The position numbers and the translations under genes were made by a program. A DNA stretch of 64,000 nucleotides from the IMG/VR virus record IMGVR_UViG_3300034104_004584, positions 1 to 64,000 of that record, one strand, 5' to 3'. The DNA is from a virus. The notes under the pieces are model-generated. The model saw only the letters and a list, made by a program, of their open reading frames with translations, ran no database searches and had not been told where the DNA came from. This document shows, in pieces, positions 25,878 through 37,200 of the stretch (within the stretch, counting starts at the first letter, position 1; each line of letters opens with the position of its first letter).

Positions 25878-26656
25878 TGAAACTTATTATAGGTTGTCCT
25901 ATTTATAAAAGAGAGTGGATCTTTCCATTGTGGGCATCTGCGATAGAAAGACAATCAATTCCTCTTAGTAAAATAGGTTTTGTATTTGAAGTCTCTCCAG
26001 ATGACGACAAAACAGTTGATATGTTGATGTTGTGGAAAAAATACCACAGAGAAATTCCTCATTTTGAAATAAATACAAGAGAAGACATTCCACACTTTGA
26101 ACATGCCCAGAATTCAAGACAGTGGACAATTTCTAAATATGAAAATATGGTCAATCTTAGAAACTCTTTATTGAATAGAGTAAGAGAATTGGATCCAGAC
26201 TATTATTTTAGTTTAGATTCTGATATAATAATTAAAAATGATTCTACTTTAGAATTATTGATTGGTCATATCAATGATGGAATTGACGCAGTTAATCCAT
26301 TGATGTATATGACTCCATTTGGCACAGACTTTCCAAGTGTTATGACATGGCTGGATAAAGAAGAATTTAAGGCAACAAGAACCGGAAATTATCCAATCGG
26401 AACCTTTTTCGAAAGCGATATCATAATGGCAGCAAAAATGATGTCAAAAAAAGTGTATCAAAATGTAAATTACGAGGTACACTCTCAAGGGGAAGATCTT
26501 GGATGGTCAGCAAACGCTACCAAAAAAGGCTATTCCTTAGGCTGCGCAAGCTATTTATATGCACCGCATATTATGCATGAGCAGATGTTAGATGTTTTTA
26601 GAAGACAAGGTGACCCTAGAGAAGCCTTAATTTTTGAAAACTCTGTAAAAACATGA
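25877..26656 (+). CDS. glycosyltransferase-like protein (DxD type)
   Basis: 259 aa; N-terminal MKLIIGCPIYKRE..., DSD in YYFSLDSDIII; family assignment made from memory only. Confidence 0.5.
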   Translation: MKLIIGCPIYKREWIFPLWASAIERQSIPLSKIGFVFEVSPDDDKTVDMLMLWKKYHREIPHFEINTREDIPHFEHAQNSRQWTISKYENMVNLRNSLLNRVRELDPDYYFSLDSDIIIKNDSTLELLIGHINDGIDAVNPLMYMTPFGTDFPSVMTWLDKEEFKATRTGNYPIGTFFESDIIMAAKMMSKKVYQNVNYEVHSQGEDLGWSANATKKGYSLGCASYLYAPHIMHEQMLDVFRRQGDPREALIFENSVKT

Positions 26657-26695
26657 TATCTTTTATATAAAATTGTTTAATGTTATAAAAGTAAA

Positions 26696-26704
26696 TTACT
26701 ATAT
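26696..26704 (+). promoter_or_regulatory. TTACTATAT motif (-10-like)
   Basis: 39 nt upstream of ATG 26743; TGTTATAAA is also present just upstream. Confidence 0.4.
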
Positions 26705-26742
26705 ATTTCAGCAGCCAAAGCTGCGCAGTCACGGAGAACTTC

Positions 26743-28444
26743 ATGAGTTTCGATTTTGTAGAAAATTTCACAGTTAAACTTCCTGATTTTTCAAAAACAA
26801 ATTTTTCTTTTGAAGAAGCAGTAAGTTCACATCAAGGTTTAATAATTGAAGTTGCAGCCATTCATGAAGGTCTGACACGGAAATTATAATAACTATTCAG
26901 CTATAGAGCTGGAAAAGGCATTGCAGTCTTGGGTTGAGCCTTATCCAAAGCCAATCATTTTGAATCATGATCTTAACTCAGAGCCAATGGGCAGAGTTAT
27001 GGCAGCTAGAATGGATAAAGAAGCAGACGGTTCATCATTTGTTCGTTTGCAAATTGCTATCACAGATCCTGTAGCAATCCAAAAAGTTTTAGACAAAAGA
27101 TATCTTACCGGATCAGTAGGTGGACGAGCTGGAAAAGCAGTCTGCTCGATTAGCGGAGAAGATCTAGCCTCAGAGTCTGGTGGAAAAGCACCAGTAACTC
27201 GATACAAGAGAGGTCAAGTTTACAAGGGTAAACTTTCATATATCGACATGCAAGATATTTCCTTTAAGGAGTATTCTTTTGTTAATCAACCAGCAGACTC
27301 AAAGTCAAGCGTTCGTTCAGTTAAGTCACCAGGTTCTGACTCTTTAGAAACATCTGATTCAGAATGGGTTGCTAAGAGTTCTGCCTTTATTCTTTCTATG
27401 GATGAAGAAAATATTTATTCTTTAGAAGAGAATGAATCCATCCTAAAGCCTATGAAAAAAAAGGAATCAAAGCCCCTCTATCTACACTTAAAGGGTGCCT
27501 TCCTAACCGCTATGGCTGTTCATGAAAGTGAAAATTACAATAAATCTGACGAATCATTACTATCTAACGAGAATAAATCTAATAATACCCATGGGGAGAA
27601 TTCAAAGATGAAAGACAATGTTCAGCAGGACGATGTCCTAGCAGCAATTGAGGGCCTTAGTGAAGATCTCTCAGCAATCGCATCAGGCTCAGTAGAGCAG
27701 GCACAACAGGATCCAGAAACAGCACCAGAGGCCGAAGAAGCAGTTGAGGAAACTCCTGCTGCTGATGCTCCAGAAGCAGAAGAGCCAGTCAAGGATGAAG
27801 AAGACAAAAAAGACGAAGCAGTCGAAGCTCTCAAAAAAGCAAATGAAAGAATTGCCCAACTTGAAGCCGAACTCGCAAAAGACTTATCAACATCACCAGA
27901 TGCTAATGAGCAACAGTCTACAGTAGTTCCAGAATCAGCAGAAGAACTTGCCCCAGAAGCAGTTGAATCAGCTAATTCTGAAGTCGCTGAAGAGAATAAA
28001 GAAGTTGAAGACGCAAATGCAGAGCTCACTAGCACAGATAGCGCTTCTGAGCAAGACGCAAGCGAGTCAGATAATAAAGTTCAACTTCTTGAAGAAGAAA
28101 ACAAGAAGCTTAAGAATGCACTCCATAGAACTCTTGCAGAAAGAGTTGTGGATACAAAAATTGCAACAGGCGTAGAGCCAAGCGAAAGCAGAGAAGATCT
28201 TATTGAAGAGCACACAAAGCGTAGCGCAAGCTCGTTGGCTGACTCTTTAAGAGATCTTGCAAAAATGCCAGTTGCAAAGAGTTCAAAGAACACAATTCCA
28301 GAAATGAATTCCGAAGTCGCAGTTGTTGAGGGTGAAGATAATGTCATCACTTTAGACAAGCAAGAGATTGAAGAAGAAGTAAAAGAAGACGGTTCACCAG
28401 AACAACTTTTTGTAGACGCACTTATGGGCCGTCGCAAGCTTTAA
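26743..28444 (+). CDS. prohead serine protease (S78-like) fused to an acidic scaffold-like region; needs a +1 change at codon 46
   Basis: ATG 26743 with GGAG RBS. Zero frame reads ...IHEGLT-CGG-AAA-TTA-TAA; the +1 frame gives GNYNNYSAIELEKALQSW, continuous with track ORF 26921. PIILNHD...GSVGG motifs; C-terminal E/A/K-rich coiled coil. Confidence 0.55.
26875..26881 (+). other. candidate +1 recoding site ACA-CGG-A
   Basis: Zero-frame CGG 26878..26880; zero-frame stop two codons later. Confidence 0.55.
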
Positions 28445-28473
28445 TAATAAACTAGAAATTCAAGGAGATATAA

Positions 28474-29244
28474 ATGAGTTTAGCAAAATTTCGCAAAGTA
28501 GGTACTAAGACAGGTTCAGGCCGTTTCGTAGTATCCGAGGGTATCGCTCCAGCAGCTTACCTTCTTCCACATGTTGGTCTTCCAACATGGTACGCAGACA
28601 GTGAAGATGATCGTTTTGAGATCGTTATTCCTAAGGGTACCATTCTTTCAGTAGTAGCTGACGCCAATGGTGATGCAAGAGTAGTTCCAGCAAACGGAAC
28701 CTCCTCTTCGGTTACTTGGGGCGATGTAACTTCGGGCTGGAATCCATTAGATGGTGCAACCCCAAGCTACAGCTCTGGTGCAACTGACACAGTCGCAGTT
28801 GCCGCAAGATCAATTCCAGTAGGCGTCGCTCAGTACGACCTCTACCGCCCATTCGATAAGGGCACATCACAGGGTGCAGGCTTCATTACCCATGGTTACG
28901 TTGAGTACCCAATGGTTGAAGGAGTCAACGCTAACGTAACAGTTGGTAGCCTTGTTCGTGCGGACCATATGGGCCGTCCAGTTCTGGCAGCTGTAACTGA
29001 CTTCCTCGCAAGCAGTTCAGTCTATTCTTACCTCCAGGTTGGTAAGGTAGTAGAAGTAGAAACATTCGCCACCAACTATGATGATGGCTTATTATCTTAC
29101 ATGCAGCTTCCTTCAGATCCAGGCGCACTGAAGACTGTATTTGAACTTACTCGTTCAGGTGCATTCTCTGGCAAGCTTGGAATCCGTAGCAACCTGGACG
29201 TACATAACGTTAAGGGCGCATTCCGCGTCAACTTAACGCTCTGA
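28474..29244 (+). CDS. abundant head protein (decoration or second capsid protein?)
   Basis: 256 aa; strong AAGGAG RBS; GC-richer codon usage shared with the capsid gene; function inferred from position only. Confidence 0.4.
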   Translation: MSLAKFRKVGTKTGSGRFVVSEGIAPAAYLLPHVGLPTWYADSEDDRFEIVIPKGTILSVVADANGDARVVPANGTSSSVTWGDVTSGWNPLDGATPSYSSGATDTVAVAARSIPVGVAQYDLYRPFDKGTSQGAGFITHGYVEYPMVEGVNANVTVGSLVRADHMGRPVLAAVTDFLASSSVYSYLQVGKVVEVETFATNYDDGLLSYMQLPSDPGALKTVFELTRSGAFSGKLGIRSNLDVHNVKGAFRVNLTL

Positions 29245-29296
29245 TCAACACTAATACAACAATAAAAGAAAATAACACAGGAGGAATAATCCTAAG

Positions 29297-30352
29297 ATGA
29301 GTAAAACAATACAAGAGCTCCTCTCGGGTCTCCCAGCTTGGGAAGCCGCGCTGGCCGAAGACGGACACATTGATCAAGACAACAGAGTAACAATCAAGGA
29401 AGCCTTTGCTTCAGCCGACGCTGCCGCACTTTTCCCTAAAGTTATTTCTAGAACCCTTAGAGAAGCAGCAGAACCACAATTGTTGGTGACACCGCTTTTA
29501 TCAGTTGTTCGCCTAGGCAAAGGACGCTCATTAGAGTTTCCTGCAGTCAACGCAATTCAAGCAGCAGAGATCCCAGAAGGACAAGAATACCCAGAGCAGG
29601 CATTAGCCTTCGCAAAGCAGATTGAGGGCAAGGTATCCAAAAAGGGTGTCAAGCTTTCATTCACCGAAGAAGTCATTGCCGACTCATTGTGGGACATCGT
29701 TGGTCTCCACGTAAGAGCTGCTGGACGCGCTATGGCACGTCTCAAGGAGCAGATTGCACTTAGCCGTTTCAAGGACGCTGCAACAATCGTCTTTGACAAT
29801 GTTGACAATGCATATGATGATACAACCGGTCTTGGTATCGATGGCTTGGCCAACGACACCATCCGTTGGGATGACATCGTAGACATGGCAGCAGTGCTCA
29901 TGGCAGAAAAGCATGTACCAACAGACTTTATCCTTCATCCATTGATGTGGTCAGTGTTCCTTAAGGACGCTATCTTCCACATGGGTGGCGCAGCTTCTGC
30001 AGTCAATACCAGCTGGGGCTTCCGCCCAGGCAACCCTGACGCAGCAATCAACGCAACCGCTCCAATGGGCTTGAATGTTATTGTTTCACCTTTCGTTAGC
30101 TTCACAGCTAAGAGCGGTGCAACACCAGCAAAGTCAGACATCTTCCTTATCGACCGCAACGAGGTTGGAACAATCCTCGTCAAGGACGATATGAGCACAG
30201 ATCAGTTCGACGATCCAAGCCGTGACATTCGTCAGATGAAGATGAAAGAGCGTTACGACATCGTTATGCTTGGCGATGGTGAAGGTATCACCGTTGCTAA
30301 GAATGTTAACCTTGCACGTAACTACGAGGTCGGTGTGGTTAACACCATCTAA
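29297..30352 (+). CDS. major capsid protein (HK97-fold type, putative)
   Basis: 351 aa; AGGAGG RBS; called from position after the protease/scaffold gene and a capsid-like sequence; followed by a hairpin terminator. Confidence 0.7.
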   Translation: MSKTIQELLSGLPAWEAALAEDGHIDQDNRVTIKEAFASADAAALFPKVISRTLREAAEPQLLVTPLLSVVRLGKGRSLEFPAVNAIQAAEIPEGQEYPEQALAFAKQIEGKVSKKGVKLSFTEEVIADSLWDIVGLHVRAAGRAMARLKEQIALSRFKDAATIVFDNVDNAYDDTTGLGIDGLANDTIRWDDIVDMAAVLMAEKHVPTDFILHPLMWSVFLKDAIFHMGGAASAVNTSWGFRPGNPDAAINATAPMGLNVIVSPFVSFTAKSGATPAKSDIFLIDRNEVGTILVKDDMSTDQFDDPSRDIRQMKMKERYDIVMLGDGEGITVAKNVNLARNYEVGVVNTI

Positions 30353-30391
30353 TCTTAGGAAAGTTATAGTTACGACTATCCTAGTGACGGG

Positions 30392-30413
30392 GGAGTGGCT
30401 TTCGGGCCACTCC
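30392..30413 (+). terminator. hairpin terminator after the capsid gene
   Basis: ggagtggc-N6-gccactcc, followed by tctgttgcttttt. Confidence 0.6.
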
Positions 30414-30439
30414 TCTGTTGCTTTTTCCTATACTTTTCG

Positions 30440-30460
30440 TTACTAAATAAGTGATATAAA
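30440..30460 (+). promoter_or_regulatory. TTACTAAAT plus TGATATAAA (-10-like pair)
   Basis: Upstream of GTG 30476 and its AGGAG RBS. Confidence 0.4.
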
Positions 30461-30475
30461 AAACAGGAGATTAAT

Positions 30476-31246
30476 GTGTCGCTTCCACTAATTGAGTATG
30501 CAGTCGTTGATGACAACATGGTTGTTATCCGATTCGGTAAAACTATTAAAATATCTTCACTGATAAACAGTAAGTTTGTAGTTCAAACAACAGCTGCAAC
30601 GCCATCAGTCATCTCCAACCCATTCTTAACTATCAATACAATAGCTGATTATAATCAGATTTCAAGAACACTTAAACTTTATTGGGACGCACCTAGACAG
30701 TCTGGCGTTGAGTATGCAATAAGACTAGTCGGCTTTTTGGATGCAGCTAATGAGTCTATTACAGAAGAGCAAATAGTATTTACTCAAGCTCAGTCAGCTA
30801 CTCCTTCGCAATTTAATTCTTATACAGTACCTGTAGTTCAAGAATTGCTTGTAGAAGATAAATCAATCAGATCAGACGCCTACACGACAGTTCAAATATT
30901 AGCTAAAAATCCACAGTTTTATATTAAAAATGTAGATCCATCTAATGGAGATTTCTATATAGACAATGACTACAACAATGGTAGGGTTACAGTTTATTTT
31001 AGTTCTAGACCAGCTACTAACTTTTTAAATAATACATATTTTAAAGTTCAAAGAAAAAAGATACAGACTCATCCTACAAGATGGCAAAATGTAACTACAG
31101 AAATCTCTATTCATTCTTGGAAACCAGAAGTCTACATAGATTTTCCATCACTAGATGCAACTCCTGTTTTTAATACTGTTGGCAGTGACTATTTTGAAAC
31201 TGGATATAAATATAGAATTATTTTATCTAAAGACATAGGTGTGTAA
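30476..31246 (+). CDS. hypothetical structural protein (256 aa)
   Basis: GTG start 6 nt after AGGAG. Confidence 0.5.
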   Translation: MSLPLIEYAVVDDNMVVIRFGKTIKISSLINSKFVVQTTAATPSVISNPFLTINTIADYNQISRTLKLYWDAPRQSGVEYAIRLVGFLDAANESITEEQIVFTQAQSATPSQFNSYTVPVVQELLVEDKSIRSDAYTTVQILAKNPQFYIKNVDPSNGDFYIDNDYNNGRVTVYFSSRPATNFLNNTYFKVQRKKIQTHPTRWQNVTTEISIHSWKPEVYIDFPSLDATPVFNTVGSDYFETGYKYRIILSKDIGV

Positions 31247-31247
31247 A

Positions 31248-31661
31248 GTGGCTAATTTTGTTTACGCAAAAACTAAAGAAGCTATTTTAAATGGAAATCT
31301 AAATTTTAGTGAAGGCCAATTTAAACTAATATTAATTAATTCTTCTCAATATACTGCTAATCAAAATGTTCATGAATTTGTTTCAGACATACCTTTGAGC
31401 GCAAGAGTATATACAACTTCTTCAATTTCTAATCTAACAAACAGCTTAGGAACAATAGATGGAGATGATCTTTCTATAACACTGCCTTCAAACTATGGCT
31501 TTGAAGCAATGGTTCTGTTTAAGCAGGGGAGTTCGGAACAAAATTCAAGACTAATATCTTATATAGATACAGCAGAAGGCTTACCTTTTGTTGACACCTT
31601 AGATCAAATTTCAATGTCAATAGTTTGGTCAAATACAGCTACAAAAATATTATCAATTTAA
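31248..31661 (+). CDS. hypothetical structural protein
   Basis: Track ORF 31239 trimmed to GTG 31248 (AGGTG 7 nt upstream); start uncertain. Confidence 0.45.
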   Translation: MANFVYAKTKEAILNGNLNFSEGQFKLILINSSQYTANQNVHEFVSDIPLSARVYTTSSISNLTNSLGTIDGDDLSITLPSNYGFEAMVLFKQGSSEQNSRLISYIDTAEGLPFVDTLDQISMSIVWSNTATKILSI

Positions 31662-31670
31662 GGATTCATT

Positions 31671-32009
31671 ATGGCAACAAATTACCCAAGTTCTTTAGAT
31701 ATTTTAATCAACCCAGCAGCCAATGACACACTAAATTCAGGAAGTGTGCCACACCACCTTCAGCATGCAAACGCAAATGATGCAATAGAAGCAATTCAAA
31801 CTGTCCTAGGCGTTAATCCTGCAGGTTCGCATTTAACAATTAAAGATAGAATTATTTCAGCAGAGACAAGTATATCTACTCAGTCAGTTTTAAATGGACT
31901 AACAGATGTTACTATTAATCAAGCAAGCAGTGGGAACGTATTGCGTTACAACGGCTCTCAGTGGGTAAATTATGCTGAAAAAGACGTTACAGATGGAGGA
32001 AACTTTTAA
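31671..32009 (+). CDS. fibre-associated protein (112 aa)
   Basis: YPSSLD...HHLQHANANDAIEAIQTVLG N-terminus, plus the LTDVTI...NVLRYNGSQWVN module shared with the fibres. Confidence 0.5.
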   Translation: MATNYPSSLDILINPAANDTLNSGSVPHHLQHANANDAIEAIQTVLGVNPAGSHLTIKDRIISAETSISTQSVLNGLTDVTINQASSGNVLRYNGSQWVNYAEKDVTDGGNF

Positions 32010-32011
32010 AA

Positions 32012-34213
32012 ATGGCTAATATAATTAGAATCAGAAGAAGGACTAGTGGAGCAGCAGGAGCTCCATCCGGATTAAAGAATGCAGAGTTAGCATTTAATGA
32101 AGTAGACGAAACCCTCTATTATGGAAAAGGTGACTCAAGCGGCGACGCAACATCAATATTGGCTATCGCTGGACCTGGTGCATTCGTAGGCTTAACTGGT
32201 ACTCAGACAATTTCAGGAAGCAAAACATTTTCTGGAACCATTACATTTTCAAGCTCTGTTGCACTAGGTTCTTCTGCAACAGCTACTACTCAAACATCGG
32301 GAGACAATAGCACCAAAGTTGCAACAACAGCATTCGTAGCTGCAGCAATTACTTCAGCTGGTTCATTTACTGGTTTTAAAATTACTGGTGACTCTGGCAC
32401 AGAACAGCAGGTAGATAGTTCAAACACTGTCACCATTTCGGGTGGAACAGGACTTTCTTCTGTAGCTGGTTCTACTGACACAATTACGATCAACCTTGAT
32501 AACACATCTGTAACAGCTGGGTCCTATGGTTCAGCTAGTGCAATTCCAACCTTTACAGTAGATGCTCAAGGTCGTCTGACCGCAGCTGGAACAGCTTCCA
32601 TATCCACTTCATTTACAGTAGACGCAGACAGTGGTGACAATCTCACTATTTCTGGTGGAGACACATTCACTATAGTTGGTGGCACAGGCTTAACATCTGT
32701 AGCTTCTGCAACTGATACTCTTACTCTAAATCTTGATAACACAGCAGTAACTGGTGGATCTTATGGTTCAGCTACGGCTGTATCAACATTCACAGTTGAT
32801 GCACAAGGTCGTTTGACTGCAGCTGGAACAGCAAACATTGCAATTGCAGCAAGTGCCGTTACAGACTTTACAGAAGCTGCACAAGATGCAGTTGGAAATG
32901 CAGTTGGAACAGGTCTTACCTATACTGATTCAACAGGTGCGATTTCAGTAACAGCAAATACTTATGATGCGTATGGTTCAGCATCGACAGTTGCAGGAAA
33001 CCTGACAACGCACACAGGAGCAACAGAAGCTCACGGTGCAACTGGTGCAGTAGTTGGAACTACAAACACTCAGACTCTTACAAACAAGACTCTAACAAGC
33101 CCAGTAGTTTCAGGACTTACACTTTCAGACTCAAGCATTGTATTTGAAGGTTCATCAGCAGATAATAACGAAACAACACTTACAGTAACAAACCCTACAG
33201 CAGATAATACTATTACTTTGCCAAATAATTCTGGTACTATAATTACAACTGGAAACCTTCATAACATTACTGAGTTCGGAGTACTTACTTCAGCAATCGT
33301 AATGGAAGGTTCTACGGCAAATGACTTTGAACTTACAATTTCTGCAGGTGACCCTACCGCAGATCGTACAGTAACTTTCCCAGACGCAACTGGCACAATT
33401 GCCTTGGTTGCAGACGTTGCAGCGTTGTCTGGAGCAACATTTACTGGTGCCATTGCAATGGGCACCAACAAGATCACCGGTCTTGGAACTCCTACTGATG
33501 CAGCAGATGCGGCAACTAAGGCATATGTAGATGCCGTAGCTGAAGGACTTCACGTTCACGAATCAGCTAGAGCCACTACAAACGCCAATGTTTCAATTGC
33601 GAATGGTCTTGAAAATGGAGACACCTTTGGCGGAGTAACACTTGCAACTGGTGACCGTGTTCTTTTAAAGAATCAGACAACTACCTCAGAAAACGGCATT
33701 TATGTAGTCCAAGCCTCAGGGCAAGCACTACGTGCAGCAGACTTTGATACTGCAGCAGAGGTAGATAGCGGAGACTTTATCTTTGTAACCTCCGGAACTT
33801 ATGCTAACACCGGCTGGGTGCAGACAAGTCGTCCAGCAACAATCGGCACAGATGCAATTTCCTTCACGCAGTTTTCTGGTGCTGGTACATTTACTGCAGG
33901 CAATGGTCTAACGATAAATGGCAATGAGTTTAACGTAGTTGGTACAGCTGATCGCATTGTATCTAATGGGGACAGCATTGACATTGCTTCAACTTATGTT
34001 GGTCAGTCTTCAATTACAACTCTGGGCACAATTGCAACTGGAGTATGGAATGGTACAGCTATAGCCATAGCTAACGGCGGAACTGGCTCCACAAGTGCTT
34101 CAGGCGCCCGTACAGCCCTTGAACTTGGAACAATAGCAACTCAAGCAGCAAATAATGTTAGTATTACGGGAGGTTCCATCGACGGAATTACCTTTGATGG
34201 CGGAACATTCTAG
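32012..34213 (+). CDS. tail fibre protein
   Basis: 733 aa; N-terminal IIRIRRR...AELAFNE..TLYYG; duplicated GSYGSA.A..TFTVDAQGRLTAAGTA; KITGLGTPTDAADAATKAYVD. Confidence 0.75.
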   Translation: MANIIRIRRRTSGAAGAPSGLKNAELAFNEVDETLYYGKGDSSGDATSILAIAGPGAFVGLTGTQTISGSKTFSGTITFSSSVALGSSATATTQTSGDNSTKVATTAFVAAAITSAGSFTGFKITGDSGTEQQVDSSNTVTISGGTGLSSVAGSTDTITINLDNTSVTAGSYGSASAIPTFTVDAQGRLTAAGTASISTSFTVDADSGDNLTISGGDTFTIVGGTGLTSVASATDTLTLNLDNTAVTGGSYGSATAVSTFTVDAQGRLTAAGTANIAIAASAVTDFTEAAQDAVGNAVGTGLTYTDSTGAISVTANTYDAYGSASTVAGNLTTHTGATEAHGATGAVVGTTNTQTLTNKTLTSPVVSGLTLSDSSIVFEGSSADNNETTLTVTNPTADNTITLPNNSGTIITTGNLHNITEFGVLTSAIVMEGSTANDFELTISAGDPTADRTVTFPDATGTIALVADVAALSGATFTGAIAMGTNKITGLGTPTDAADAATKAYVDAVAEGLHVHESARATTNANVSIANGLENGDTFGGVTLATGDRVLLKNQTTTSENGIYVVQASGQALRAADFDTAAEVDSGDFIFVTSGTYANTGWVQTSRPATIGTDAISFTQFSGAGTFTAGNGLTINGNEFNVVGTADRIVSNGDSIDIASTYVGQSSITTLGTIATGVWNGTAIAIANGGTGSTSASGARTALELGTIATQAANNVSITGGSIDGITFDGGTF

Positions 34214-34232
34214 CAAATAAAGGGCATAAAAA

Positions 34233-37200
34233 ATGACTTTACCAAATCTACCTAATATTACTCAAGGGCAAATAGCTCTTGATCCAATTAATGGAATTGT
34301 TTATTATAAAGACGATAATAATAACACCATAGCAACTACTTGGTCTTGGCTTCAAAATAGAAATGATGAACAAAATGTAACTAGTGAAAAAAATGTTTCT
34401 ATTGAACAAGATCTTACTGTTGGTGGAAATTTAGTTATTGGTGGAGATACAGTTAGCATTAATGTTTCTGAAGTTTTAATTGAAGACAATATTTTAGTTT
34501 TAAATCATAACTTTACTGGTGCTCCAATACTTAATGCAGGAATTGAGATTGAACGTGGTTCTGAAAATAATGTTCAAATAAGATGGAACGAACTAGATAA
34601 TAAATGGCAGTTTACAAATGATGGAATTACGTACTTAGATTTAAATTCTATTGTAGCAAATTCCGTAACCCTTGGTTTTCATACTGTAGGTGACTATGTC
34701 AAGAATCTAGTAGCTGGAACTGGTGTAACTATAACCAATAACTCTGGCGAAGGCGCAACGCCCAACATTTCAATAGGTCAAGCTGTAGGAACTTCTAACA
34801 CTGTAACTTTTGCTGGAGTCACAGCACCGTTGACAGGCAACGTTACTGGAAACGTAACTGGTAATGTAACAGGAGATGTAACAGGAACAGTTTCCAATAT
34901 TTCTAACCATGGTATTTCTGATCTCTCTGATGTTAATATAAATGATGCCGCAGATGGAAACTTTTTAAGATATAACGGATCTAACTGGTTTAATGATCCT
35001 GTTAATCTAGCAACAGATACGATTGGCGATTATGTTGCTAAACTTGCTGCTGGTACCGGCATAACAATAACCAATAACTCAGGAGAAGGTGCAACACCTA
35101 ACATTTCTTTTAGTGGATCTATAGACAGTGTTTCTGATGTTGTTATAACCTCTGCAGCCAATGGTGAATTACTAGAATTTGATGGTACGAATTGGGTTAA
35201 TGCAGTCAGGCCTTCATCAGAACCAATTGGACATGAAGATAAAACTGATAGCGTTATTTCTTTTAATGAATCTACGAGAGAGTTTTCTATTGCTCCGGTG
35301 TCAACTAGCTACACTGTATGGTGTGCTGGTAAAAGATATGTTAAAACTTCTACAGAAAAAGTAGAAATTCCAGACACTTCTGGTCTTTATTATATCTATT
35401 TTAATTCATCTGGTTCGTTAGCCTATAAAACTACATTTTTTACTTGGGATCAAGACACTCCAACGGCTTATGTTTATTGGAATGAAGTAGACAATAAAGC
35501 CTATTTCTTTGCCGACGAGCGTCACGGCATCACTTTAGACTGGGCAACACACGAGTATCTTCATAGAACTAGAGGAGCTGCAATTGCAAATGGTTTTGGA
35601 GCCAATAACTATACTCTGATTGGCGATGGCAGCTTAGACGCTCACGCAAAAATAGATATAGCTGATGGTACATTTTTTGATGAAGACCTGCAGGTTGATA
35701 TTGAACACAGCGCATCACCAACTGCAAACACATGGCAACAGAGGCTGCAATCGGGTGCTTACATTCCTGTATTTTATAGAACAAATAATCACTGGAAAAA
35801 AGATGTGGCTACTCAATTTCCAGTTAAAAATGGTGGAACAAGAGCCCAGTACAATCTTAATACTGGGGGCACATGGTCTAGCACAGCCATAGATAATGCT
35901 AAGTATGGTGTAATGTTCTTGGTTGCTACAAATAATTTAAACGAACCAGTTATATCTATAATGGGACAAACTCAATACACAGATCAAGGTTCAGCAGAAG
36001 CTTCAACTTGGGAACAGTTAGATTTAGGCGGGTTTCCTGTAGTAGAATTTAGGCCTTTATATAAAATTGTTTTTCAAACAGCAAATGCGTATGCAAACAG
36101 TGTAAAAACAAAATTTGTTAATTTACTAGACTTAAGGCAAATTGTATCATCTGGTGCTGGTGGTTCATCTACGGCTGTTTCTGATCATGGTTCAATGACA
36201 GGACTTAGTGACGATGATCATACGCAGTATCTACTTGCTGACGGCACACGAACTGCAACGTCTTTAACCGTATCTGGATCTATAACTACAAATACTTTAA
36301 TCCTTGATGGAATTGAAATAGATGCAGCTACCCCATCTGATACAAATGTTCTTAAATATGATGCCGGACTAAATAAATATGTTCCAGGTGTTGCATCAAC
36401 TGTAGCTTCCCTTAATGACTTAACTGATGTGGCAATAGCGGGAGCAACTGCAAACCATATATTAAAATGGGATGGCTCACAATGGATAAATGCAGAAGTC
36501 CCAGGAACAATTGGTGGAACTACAAAATTTGAAACCATAGGTAACGGCGTTGATGAAACTTTTACTATTACTCACAATCTTTCTACGAGGGACATTGTAG
36601 TATCTATAAGCGAAAATGTTTCCCCATATGGAGCCATCAATACTACATGGGAAGCAACAACAGAAAATACTATTACGATTTATTTCAGTGATGCTCCAGC
36701 ATCAAACTCCGTTAGAGTATCCATCTATGCCGCTGTTTCAGGTGCACTAATTGGCCCTGAAGGCCCTGCTGGACCTACCGGACCCGAAGGGCCACCAGGT
36801 ACTGTGTCAACTTCTGTTTTAGACGATCTTTCAGATGTGGTTTTAACTGGAGCTACCCCTAATAACTATTTGCAATACAATGGCTCTCAATGGATAAATA
36901 GCAATATTGATCTCGGCACAAACACTACAGGTTTTTATGTTAAAAACTTAGTTGAGGGAACGGGCATCTCTATTACTAACAATTCAGGAGAAGGGGCTAC
37001 TCCAAATATAGCAGTAAGTTCCATAGTTGTTAAGACTACGGACACTGGAACCGTAACAGATACGATGCTGGCTACAGGGGTAGCAAGGGCAGGTTTTAGA
37101 TCTACTTTAAATGCTCAGACAGGCACGTCTTATACTCTTGAGTTAACAGACTTAGCAAAGTTAATAACGCTAAGCAATACATCCGCAATAACTCTCACCA

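Noticed and set aside
27622-28437. Long antisense track ORFs (27622..28035, 28081..28437; likewise 15260..15505, 14816..15178, 29557..30198, 33259..33559, 36218..36538)
   Set aside because: They lie opposite strongly supported genes, have low-complexity Ser/Ala/Pro-rich translations and have no RBS. They are shadow ORFs of biased coding sequence.
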